64,000 bases of DNA from Antedon mediterranea (Eukaryota > Animalia > Echinodermata). A program made the translations under genes and the position numbers. The DNA lies in NCBI RefSeq assembly GCF_964355755.1, contig NC_092672.1:5456001-5520000 (forward strand), written 5' to 3'. The notes below the pieces were generated by a model. It made no database searches and was not told the origin of the DNA. It saw only the letters and a program-made list of their open reading frames with translations. Shown piece by piece: positions 48,589 through 59,107 of this stretch (position 1 is its first letter; each line of letters opens with the position of its first letter).

Positions 48589-50940
48589 ATGAAGACTCTG
48601 GTACTCTTTATGATCTTGGTGGTAGCTGGGGTGTACGCTACTCACTATCGTGGTGGCACGTTTTACTGGGAACGATTTGGAAAAAAACATATCCGTATTT
48701 TTTGGCGTCTCGCATTTGAACATAAACCCTACTACGAAGACGAGTATTTTTGTAATTTTATTGGACAAGAAAGGCAAGCAGAAACAGTTCTTGCTTTGAC
48801 CTGTACAGACTGCCGTGAAAATAAAACAATTTCTTCGCCACTAAATCTTGAATGTCAATTCACTTCAAAAGTAATGAAATGGAGTCTTTTTGATGGATAC
48901 GTTGATTATAAGGCAGACCGCGAGGCATTCACAATGGCTTTTAAAACAAAAGACAAATGTGAAGATAGTAGCTGGATTTACCTTCAAAACTACGGTGTTG
49001 GAAAATGTTGGTCACTACTGACCAAAGTTGACACTTCAATCAAATGGAACAACAATTCTCCAAGAGTTATGGCTGTTTTACCAGTTCATCGAGTCAGACA
49101 AGGCTGTAACAGAGTTATCGATCTCAACCCCATTGATATAGACGGAGACCCCGTTAAATGCCGATGGACAAGTACTAACGAATGCCCAGAGAGACGAAGT
49201 GATAGCACTGGTAATACTGATCCTGTGTGCGGACGTGCGACAGATTTTACAACACTTAATACGACATCATGCACGATCGAGTTTAATACCAGAGAAGATA
49301 GTGCGAAAGGTTGGTATGCCGCTTCCGTTATGGTTGAAGATTTTAAAGATGAAAGTTACAAAAAAGCTAAGAGCACAGTTCCATTCCAATTCCTACTCGA
49401 AGTTACGTCACCCGGCTCATGTATAGTACCAAAGATTGAGATAGAACATTGTTCTGAGATTGGTCTTGGAGAAACATGGAACAGTTCAGTTACTGCTTAT
49501 ATACAAACGGGATCAGATGAAACAAAAATAAAAGAAATCCAAGCAAGTGGAAAAGGACTGATAATAGGCGCCATTGTCCCCGGCCAAAACGTAACAGTAA
49601 ATGTGTCTTTCAAACCTGAAGCTGAAGGAATTTATGTGTTCAGCTTCACGGCAATAGATGATAATGGTGTACAAAGTGATCCGACATCTACACGAGTGCA
49701 TGTATTTTCCACACAGCCTGCCCCCTCTATTCTACCAAAAGAGTCGATCCCGGCCCAAGAATCTCTGTACGAGGGAACAGAAGATTATTGGACAATCAAA
49801 TTTAATACAAAAATTAGACGTCCTGAAAAAAATTCATTCATCAAGATACAAAATGACACTGCGAATGTAATTGTTAAGTATAATGCCCGTAAAAAAAGTG
49901 AAGTAACATTCCCAAAAGGTGATCCAACTATTCTTCAATTTCGTGCACCAACTGGACTAGAAGGAGGAAAATCATATTTGGTTTTTGTGGATGAAGGAGC
50001 TGGTGTTACAGACTATTCCGGTCTGTGTGGCGGAATTGCCACACAGACAAATGTCGCTTCCATCTATCAATTCAAAATCCCTAAGCCACCAGAACCGGAA
50101 GTAGAGTGTGGTAATTCTAAGATAAAAGTTCACATTCCTAAAACGTACGTGAATAACCTTCCAGCAAGTGAACTTCACCTCAAGGACACAAGATGCAGAC
50201 TTGAGGAAGATGAAGATGATCCAAAGTACTACCTGGCGGAATTTAGTTATTATGAGTGCGGAACCAGTATTGAGCGTTCATCAGAAAATCATACTAACTT
50301 CTACAACACAATCCGAGACGACCCTACGCCAATTTTCCCAGGTGCTCCGATAACCCGAGCACAGCATAATGTTGAAGTAGAAATTATTTGTGAAATGACA
50401 GGAGTTGTTGTCAATGACGTATACTTCAAAACAGTTGCAACCATCACACCTGTAAAATACAAAGCGACCGGAAGATTTAAGGCTTACCTTAAAATGTACG
50501 AGGACTCTGATTATAGAAATGATATCAACGAAACTGCTTCAGTAACAATAGACGACGTCATGTATTTTGCTGCTAAAAGTACCTCCTCTACAAACGTGGC
50601 CATCGAAAGCTGTAAGGCAATAACTATGTTAGCAAGAGAAACGGTACGGGAATACACTTTCATTCAAGATGGTTGTGGTACAGATCAATCGGTGATGCTT
50701 AGTTCTTCAGGTTTGGATCATCGTTTCTCCATCAAGTCATTTGAATTCATGGATCGAGTGTCTGACGAGATTCTTATGAAGTGTAAGATAATTTCATGTA
50801 ATAAAGAACATGATAACTCCAATTGCGCTACTCTCAAGAATGACCAATATTGCTCCAACAAAGGACGACGACGCCGCCGAGGTAACCGAATCGGTACGTT
50901 TGAAGACGAAACTAATGTATCCATGACATTTAAAATGTAA
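48589..50940 (+). CDS. Secreted multidomain protein with C-terminal zona pellucida (ZP) module; single coding exon
   Basis: Signal peptide MKTLVLFMILVVAGVYA; N-terminal THYRGG...NNSPR...DIDGDPVKCRW domain; Ig-like segments; ZP-N (ECGNSKIKV, TRC, ECGT, IICEM); ZP-C (IESC, QDGC, RFSIKSFEF, CKIISC); furin site RRRRR; no TM anchor. Probable 5'UTR intron 48040-48582. Confidence 0.9.
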   Translation: MKTLVLFMILVVAGVYATHYRGGTFYWERFGKKHIRIFWRLAFEHKPYYEDEYFCNFIGQERQAETVLALTCTDCRENKTISSPLNLECQFTSKVMKWSLFDGYVDYKADREAFTMAFKTKDKCEDSSWIYLQNYGVGKCWSLLTKVDTSIKWNNNSPRVMAVLPVHRVRQGCNRVIDLNPIDIDGDPVKCRWTSTNECPERRSDSTGNTDPVCGRATDFTTLNTTSCTIEFNTREDSAKGWYAASVMVEDFKDESYKKAKSTVPFQFLLEVTSPGSCIVPKIEIEHCSEIGLGETWNSSVTAYIQTGSDETKIKEIQASGKGLIIGAIVPGQNVTVNVSFKPEAEGIYVFSFTAIDDNGVQSDPTSTRVHVFSTQPAPSILPKESIPAQESLYEGTEDYWTIKFNTKIRRPEKNSFIKIQNDTANVIVKYNARKKSEVTFPKGDPTILQFRAPTGLEGGKSYLVFVDEGAGVTDYSGLCGGIATQTNVASIYQFKIPKPPEPEVECGNSKIKVHIPKTYVNNLPASELHLKDTRCRLEEDEDDPKYYLAEFSYYECGTSIERSSENHTNFYNTIRDDPTPIFPGAPITRAQHNVEVEIICEMTGVVVNDVYFKTVATITPVKYKATGRFKAYLKMYEDSDYRNDINETASVTIDDVMYFAAKSTSSTNVAIESCKAITMLARETVREYTFIQDGCGTDQSVMLSSSGLDHRFSIKSFEFMDRVSDEILMKCKIISCNKEHDNSNCATLKNDQYCSNKGRRRRRGNRIGTFEDETNVSMTFKM

Positions 50941-52303
50941 TCAAATAATAATTGTTGATTTTTAATTTATGATTACTAATTTGCAGAAGTAGCTAACTCA
51001 GTGATACACTGAACAAACTACATCGAATTAGATTTAATTGATAGTATATTTATTTATGTGTTTAGAATTCGATGTAGTCGGTCAATCGAATAACAATTTA
51101 AAATTGATAATATTTTAGTTATGTTACAATTACTTTGTGGAAGTAGTTGACTGAATAATCTTATCTTACTTACTTCTCATATAAAAACATACTTATACTT
51201 TCATTGTATTTAGTCAAATTAGTCAAAACAAATTGACAATTTGTTTGTACGGAAATAGTAGACTCGTTGAAAATGGTAGTTCTAAATAAATGAAGGTGTT
51301 GTAAATGAAATTGTATTGAATTGGCAATCATTAATGTAGGTCTATGACGGTTGTGGTGCTAATATCGGTGAATGTGAAAAAAAAACCCCCAAAAACAACA
51401 AAGAACGGAACACCTGCGGTTTTAAACTCTTTGAAGCACAAATTTGAGATATGTACTTTATAGTACTAGAGGGTGAGCTCGCTTCGCTCGCTCCCCCTCT
51501 AGAATGTGTAGACGATGGTTCTCGGAATGATAATGTTCTCCTTATACGTTTTCTGTCGGTTACCATTATTGAAAATGCTTGACATTCGTAAAACTAAACT
51601 ACTTTGTTTCACAGTGTTTTAGATGATTAATAACATTTTAAAGTATAGTTTTTATTGTTTGGTAGGGCCCTTTGGGGAGGCGGAGGTCATTTGAGGGAGG
51701 TGCTTATTCGAGGGATATATGTTAAATTTTTTAGTTTTAATAATATGGTAAAATTTATAATCAAATGAAATCCTCTAATATATATGAAAAGTGCTAAAAA
51801 AGAATAACAAATGCTTGGTAAATTGTAGATAACAGTGCGGTGAATTCTACTACAAATAGTATAATTTTGTTATTATAAATATGTGGATGGACGTTTATTA
51901 GATAGTTGGGTTGGGGGGCGGTTTATTATTCAAAGTGATGTTTTATTGGAGAGGCGTTTATTCAAATGAATACCATCCTAATAATTATTAATACATTATT
52001 TAATTTAATCATCTCTTGAAACTGCCGTAACAGAGTGGGCCCAAGAAAGAAGACATTACGGCTTGCAACATGGGCAGACATCTCGGTCCTAACGTGACAC
52101 AGGAAGATAGCCTACAGTTATTCCTGCAAGCTTACTCAATAAAACTCAGCTATCGGGATTTCACTCGAAAAATGTCTTATCATCAAATCTCCCTATGTAA
52201 TTTTATAATACTATTCCCCACAATATATTCTGATTCTTTATGACGTAGGCCTATATTTAATTTGATCTTTATTAATTTGCAGTATAATTTAACTACTGTA
52301 CCT

Positions 52304-52938
52304 TCACACACGCGTGGTATGTTTTAAAATAAACAAAAAAACTGAAATGGCTATGACTAATGGCCAACCACTCCTACTATCTGATTTTTTTTTCGTCTTC
52401 CAAAGGGACACTGTATTGATTGATGGAAAGTGCCTGTTTCCAATCACCTTTAGGGTCAAATCTATTATTTTAACTGCTCCCTTGTGTTTAAAAGAGAGAA
52501 AATATTTGAAACTAAGGTTGTTGCAAGGTGAACTTATCTTAAACCCGGAAATTACTTTGACCGGGAAGAATTGAAATTGAGAGGAAAATCCAATGTTGAA
52601 ATCATAAATGTTGTTAAAAAACTCTTTATAATATCTTCCTAAGATATAAATATGGAACAATAGCGTCGGCGTGCACACTAATGTTATCAAATCTACGTTT
52701 CGCGGTACATCTCGGATAGATAAGGTAGGTATCCAAGGCGGAGATTTGTACCGAAGTTTTTGCATTGTGCTCGCCTATGTCAGAATTAACCATAATTTAT
52801 ATATAGATGCGTATAAACAATTGGGTTATACGGTGTTCAAAGATCCTTTTAAAATTAAAACCCAGTGTTTATTTACAACCTTATTGAGGGCTGATGGCAA
52901 ATGCTTGACTGCAGTGTAGTATGTCAGTTCCGCCATGT
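52304..52938 (-). mobile_element. Degraded Penelope-like retroelement fragment (tentative)
   Basis: The minus-strand reading TYYTAVKHLPSALNKVVNKHWVLIL...KLWLILT*AS, with stops, resembles the linker between the RT and the GIY-YIG nuclease of Penelope elements. Recalled motif only. Confidence 0.4.
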
Positions 52939-53764
52939 TCGTGTTTGGGTAGATGTCTATCTAGTATGCCTATTTTTAACCGACTAAAATGTTTAATAAA
53001 TCATACATGATGGCATTGATGATCCTGTGAAATGACGTAATTGAAGCCACCATGGGAATGCAACCTCTAGAACTTAGAATACAGGTAGTGTTACTGGGGG
53101 ATGTAGGCGTCGGAAAGACAACGGCTGTTGAAAAAGTTCATGAATGAAGATTACAAACATACTAGTGACATTCAAGAGAAAGTAATCATGAGAAATGGAC
53201 AAAAAGTTTGGCTGATAACTATAAGAGACACGGCAGGTAAGTTAACCAATTTTCTGCTTGATTTTTGTTTTCTTTTATGAATGTTTTTTTTATATTTGTT
53301 GTGTATTTTCTGATATATTTATTGAAGTGGTATATTTTATCTTTTATGTGCTACTTGGTAAGAGGATTCACAGGCTCTTGTCATAAGGATTTAGTTCCCT
53401 TTTGTGTTTCTTGCCAATTACTTTGTAATTGTTTGTTATTTGTTGTTGTTGTTGATTGGCAATAAAGAATAATAATTTTGCTAGTTCACTAAAATCAGTC
53501 ACAATTCTTATATACTACTATGATACAAGTTAATTTGCGTACAACAGTTGTATCCATCACATTTAATTTATAAATTCAGTTCTAATATTTTGTGTAGGTC
53601 TTGAAAAACACAACAGTATTACCACAATCATACTATAAAGGTGTCAAGAGGTTCATCTTCGTATATGACGTCAACAGTGCAAACTACTCCGTCAACAATG
53701 CGAACAACTCCTTCAACAACCTTCCAAAATGGTAATGTGTACAGTATTTGAATACGAATACGAA

Positions 53765-56700
53765 TACCCTTGCTCGCGTCTACCTACATCAACTAAATGT
53801 TCTAAATAGATTACCCTTGCTCGCGTCTACCTACATCAACTAAATGTTCTGAATAGATTACCCTTGCTCGCGTCTACCTACATCAACTAAATGTTCTAAA
53901 TAAATTACTCTTGCTCGCGTCTACCTACATCAACTAAATGTTCTAAATAGATTACTCTTGCTCGCGTCTACCTACATCAACTAAATGTTCTAAATAGATT
54001 ACCCTTGCTCGCGTCTACCTACATCAACTAAATGTTCTGAATAGATTACCCTTGCTCGCGTCTACCTACATCAACTAAATGTTCTAAATAAATTACTCTT
54101 GCTCGCGTCTACCTACATCAACTAAATGTTCTAAATAGATTACTCTTGCTCGCGTCTACCTACATCAACTAAATGTTCTAAATAAATTACTCTTGCTCGC
54201 GTCTACCTACATCAACTAAATGTTCTAAATAAATTACCCTTGCACACGTCTACCTACATAAACTAAATGTTCTGAATAGATTACCCTTGCTCGCGTATAC
54301 CTACATCAACTAAATGTTCTAAATAGATTACTCTTGCTCGCGTATACCTACATCAACTAAATGTTCTGAATAGATTACCCTTGCTCGCGTCTACCTACAT
54401 AAACTAAATGTTCTAAATAAATTACCCTTGCACACGTCTACCTACATAAACTAAATGTTCTGAATAGATTACCCTTGCTCGCGTCTACCTACATAAACTA
54501 AATGTTCTAAATAGATTACCCTTGCTCGCGTCTACCTACATCAATTAAATGTTCTAAATAGATTACTCTTGCTCGCGTCTACCTACATCAACTAAATGTT
54601 CTAAATAGATTACCCTTGCTCGCGTCTACCTACATCAACTAAATGTTCTAAATAAATTACCCTTGCACACGTCTACCTACATCAACTAAATGTTCTAAAT
54701 AGATTACCCTTGCTCGCGTCTACCTAAATCAACTAAATGTTCTAAATAGATTACTCTTGCTCGCGTCTACCTACATCAACTAAATGTTCTAAATAGATTA
54801 CCCTTGCTCGCGTCTACCTACATCAACTAAATGTTCTAAATAGATTACCATTGCTCGCGTCTACCTACATCAACTAAATGTTCTGAATAGATTACCCTTG
54901 CTCGCGTCTACCTACATCAACTAAATGTTCTAAATAGATTACCCTTGCTCGCGTCTACCTACATCAACTAAATGTTCTAAATAGATTACCCTTGCTCGCG
55001 TCTACCTACATCAACTAAATGTTCTAAATAGATTACCCTTGCTTGCGTATACCTACATCAACTAAATGTTCTGAATAGATTACCCTTGCTCGCGTCTACC
55101 TACATCAACTAAATGTTCTAAATAGATTACTCTTGCTCGCGTCTACCTACATCAACTAAATGTTCTAAATAGATTACCCTTGCTCGCGTCTACCTACATC
55201 AACTAAATGTTCTAAATAAATTACCCTTGCACACGTCTACCTACATCAACTAAATGTTCTAAATAGATTACCCTTGCTCGCGTCTACCTACATCAACTAA
55301 ATGTTCTAAATAGATTACCCTTGCTCGCGTCTACCTACATCAACTAAATGTTCTAAATAAATTACCCTTGCACACGTCTACCTACATAAACTAAATGTTC
55401 TGAATAGATTACCCTTGCTCGCGTATACCTACATCAACTAAATGTTCTAAATAGATTACTCTTGCTCGCGTATACCTACATCAACTAAATGTTCTGAATA
55501 GATTACCCTTGCTCGCGTCTACCTACATAAACTAAATGTTCTAAATAAATTACCCTTGCACACGTCTACCTACATAAACTAAATGTTCTGAATAGATTAC
55601 CCTTGCTCGCGTCTACCTACATAAACTAAATGTTCTAAATAGATTACCCTTGCTCGCGTCTACCTACATCAACTAAATGTTCTAAATAGATTACTCTTGC
55701 TCGCGTCTACCTACATCAACTAAATGTTCTAAATAGATTACCCTTGCTCACGTCTACCTACATCAACTAAATGTTCTAAATAGATTACCCTTGCTCGCGT
55801 CTACCTACATCAACTAAATGTTCTAAATAGATTACCCTTGCTCGCGTCTACCTACATCAACTAAATGTTCTAAATAAATTACCCTTGCACACGTCTACCT
55901 ACATCAACTAAATGTTCTAAATAGATTACCCTTGCTCGCGTCTACCTACATCAACTAAATGTTCTAAATAGATTACTCTTGCTCGCGTCTACCTACATCA
56001 ACTAAATGTTCTAAATAGATTACCCTTGCTCGCGTCTACCTACATCAACTAAATGTTCTAAATAGATTACCATTGCTCGCGTCTACCTACATCAACTAAA
56101 TGTTCTGAATAGATTACCCTTGCTCGCGTCTACCTACATCAACTAAATGTTCTAAATAGATTACCCTTGCTCGCGTCTACCTACATCAACTAAATGTTCT
56201 AAATAGATTACCCTTGCTCGCGTCTACCTACATCAACTAAATGTTCTAAATAGATTACCCTTGCTCGCGTATACCTACATCAACTAAATGTTCTGAATAG
56301 ATTACCCTTGCTCGCGTCTACCTACATCAACTAAATGTTCTAAATAGATTACCCTTGCTCGCGTCTACCAAAGAACTTATAACACAAGAATCTCCTGTTC
56401 TTCAATTTGCATTCAAAACACAGTATCGGAAGTACAGGGTTAAAAGGTCAAACTGGGCGACGCCATTTCACAGCATGGAGCAGCGCCCCCTCCAAACTAG
56501 GAAGTCAATTACTCTACCCCTCTAGAGTATTAGCAGATCCCCTCTATGATTTTGACTTTCTAATTTGATGCGGGCGCCCTACTCCTCAGTCAATTACTCT
56601 ATCCCCCCTAGAGCATTAGCAGATCCCCTCTATGATTTTGACTTTCTAATTTGATGCGGGCGCCCTACTCCATGGCTCACAATGGCGCCACCCATAGCTC

Positions 56701-57608
56701 TATTCTATCCCACAATGCCTTTCGAAATTGTTACGCGCTTCGGACGAACAGGAGATTCTTGTGTTATAAGTTCTTTGGCGTCTACCTACATCAACTAAAT
56801 GTTCTAAATAGATTACCCTTGCTCTCGTCTACCTACATCAACTAAATGTTCTAAATAGATTACTCTTGCTCTCGTCTACCTACATCAACTAAATGTTCTA
56901 AATAGATTACTCTTGCTCGCGTCTACCTACATCAACTAAATGTTCTGAATAGATTACCCTTGCTCGCGTCTACCTACATCAACTAAATGTTCTAAATAGA
57001 TTACTCTTGCTCTCGTCTACCTACATCAACTAAATGTTCTAAATAGATTACTCTTGCTCTCGTCTACCTACATCAACTAAATGTTCTAAATAGATTACTC
57101 TTGCTCTCGTCTACCTACATCAACTAAATGTTCTAAATAGATTACCCTTGCTCGCGTCTACCTACATCAACTAAATGTTCTGAATAGATTACCCTTGCTC
57201 GCGTCTACCTACATCAACTAAATGTTCTGAATAGATTACTCTTGCTCGCGTCTACCTACATCAACTAAATGTTCTAAATAGATTACTCTTGCTCTCGTCT
57301 ACCTACATCAACTAAATGTTCTAAATAGATTACTCTTGCTCTCGTCTACCTACATCAACTAAATGTTCTAAATAGATTACTCTTGCTCTCGTCTACCTAC
57401 ATCAACTAAATGTTCTAAATAGATTACCCTTGCTCGCGTCTACCTACATCAACTAAATGTTCTGAATAGATTACCCTTGCTCGCGTCTACCTACATCAAC
57501 TAAATGTTCTGAATAGATTACTCTTGCTCGCGTCTACCTACATCAACTAAATGTTCTAAATAGATTACCCTTGCTCGCGTCTACCTACATCAACTAAATG
57601 TTCTAAAT
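53765..57608. repeat. 47-bp tandem satellite/minisatellite, about 55 + 18 copies, in intron 2 of the Rab pseudogene
   Basis: Unit TTACCCTTGCTCGCGTCTACCTACATCAACTAAATGTTCTAAATAGA; no spacers. Confidence 0.97.
56369..56777. mobile_element. 409-bp non-autonomous DNA transposon, P-element-like, inserted in the satellite
   Basis: Perfect 32-bp TIR CAAAGAACTTATAACACAAGAATCTCCTGTTC; perfect 8-bp TSD GCGTCTAC (56361-56368, 56778-56785); internal ~85-bp tandem duplication. Confidence 0.9.
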
Positions 57609-58316
57609 CAATTAAAATCACGTTCGCCATATTGTAGCTTTTGTCAGTAAAACGCGCGATTCGTTAAAAACTTTGACCAAATTTGTATCGAAAAAAATGT
57701 ATTTACCTAAAAAAACTGTCATCTAAGGCAAAATATAGTCAAATTGGCTGCCAGCCAATGAGTTTTTGAATAAATTATAAGTGAAAACATTGATTTTTCC
57801 GGGTTTTTTTCTACGAAAGTGAGTAACTTTATTAAAACTACAAAATATTCTATTCAAAGTCTGATTTTATTTTTGGGGGACAATACATCTTTAATTAATA
57901 TAGGCCTAAATCAATTTATATTTCCGCAGGAATGATGAATGCAATAGATACTGCAGCGATTTCGATGAAGGTAACATTCCTGTATTAATAGTTGGGAACA
58001 AACATCAAAAGCACGTTAAGGACAAAGTGAGAACCGAACGAGCGAGACATTTGTAGAACACTGTTTTCTAGATTTCATCGCAGTCTCTACAGCCAATAAT
58101 ACCAACAACGACAAATGAATTGTCGATGAAATAATCAGGTCTATTGAAACGTTTGAAAATCATTTATCAAATATCGGTACAACAGATTACAAATTAGAAC
58201 CCGGTAAAAATAGCTGCTGTACACTTAATTAATATTTATGCAATATTGAATCGGATAACTGTCATGTATTTAATAATGCAGGCGAATTAGTCGGAGAGTA
58301 ATGTTTAATTTAAATA

Positions 58317-58672
58317 TTAAATTAACCTCGATCTTGTTAAAGATGTATTGTTCCTCTAAAAAAAAATTATTGACAATTTTTTGTTGTTGAATATGCCATT
58401 TTAATGCCACTGTAGTTATCCACTTCTACCAAAAATCTGATCGAAACAAAAAATGATTTACCTGAAAAAATTGTAATTTAAAGCAAAAAATTGTCAAATT
58501 GGCTGCTAGCCAATGAATTTTTGGTTGAACCATTTATTTTGTCTTTTTATAAGTGAAAACATTTTTTTTCTAAAGCAGTGATTAACTTAACAAAAACTAC
58601 AAAATAACCTATTCAAAGTCTAATTAATTAATCTTCATTTTTCATGTTTTTGGGGGACAGTACATCTGTAAA
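58317..58672. mobile_element. MITE with TTAA-type ends; second, left-truncated copy at about 57610-57893
   Basis: TTAAAGATGTATTGT...GACAGTACATCTGTAA; body shared with 57685-57893. Confidence 0.6.
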
Positions 58673-59107
58673 TAACTTTTAATATACGGTACAAAAAGAT
58701 AGTTTTTAAGACAATCGACCAAAGATGTTGGTGGTATGCTAATGTTGTTAATCTAATAATAATTTCATATAAAAATAGAAGCCTAAATATATAAGATTTA
58801 TACTAGCCACTATAACACTTTAGATTGCTGTTTGTAAACAATCGTATTAAACTTATCCCATTCTATATTATCCTTTCTTGTTACGTTGTATGTCCTCACA
58901 AGCACCACAAGTCGGTGTTTTGTCAATGAAAAGAATAAGTTTTGTGTGCCATAATATTTTTCCTTTTCCGAATATGTATTGTACTATTTCTACAGTATAC
59001 TAACAATATATATGTATTCATATATATGAATGTGTAGCTCAGAGTGTTTTTACATTTAAATAATAATATATTCATCAAGTTAAATTAAATTAATTAAAGC
59101 ACAAATT

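Larger units (their letters stand above)
53052..58232 (+). pseudogene. Frameshifted paralog of the atypical Rab-like gene
   Basis: Exons 53052-53236, 53598-53731 and 57930-58232 at the same intron positions as 40194-42179. Retains GDVGVGKT, RDTAGLE, FVYDV, GNKHQ and CCTLN*. There is a frameshift in each exon plus an in-frame TGA near 58115. Confidence 0.85.

Noticed and set aside
53765-57608. CRISPR-like array
   Set aside because: Contiguous 47-bp units with no unique spacers, no cas genes and a eukaryotic intron context; it is a satellite.
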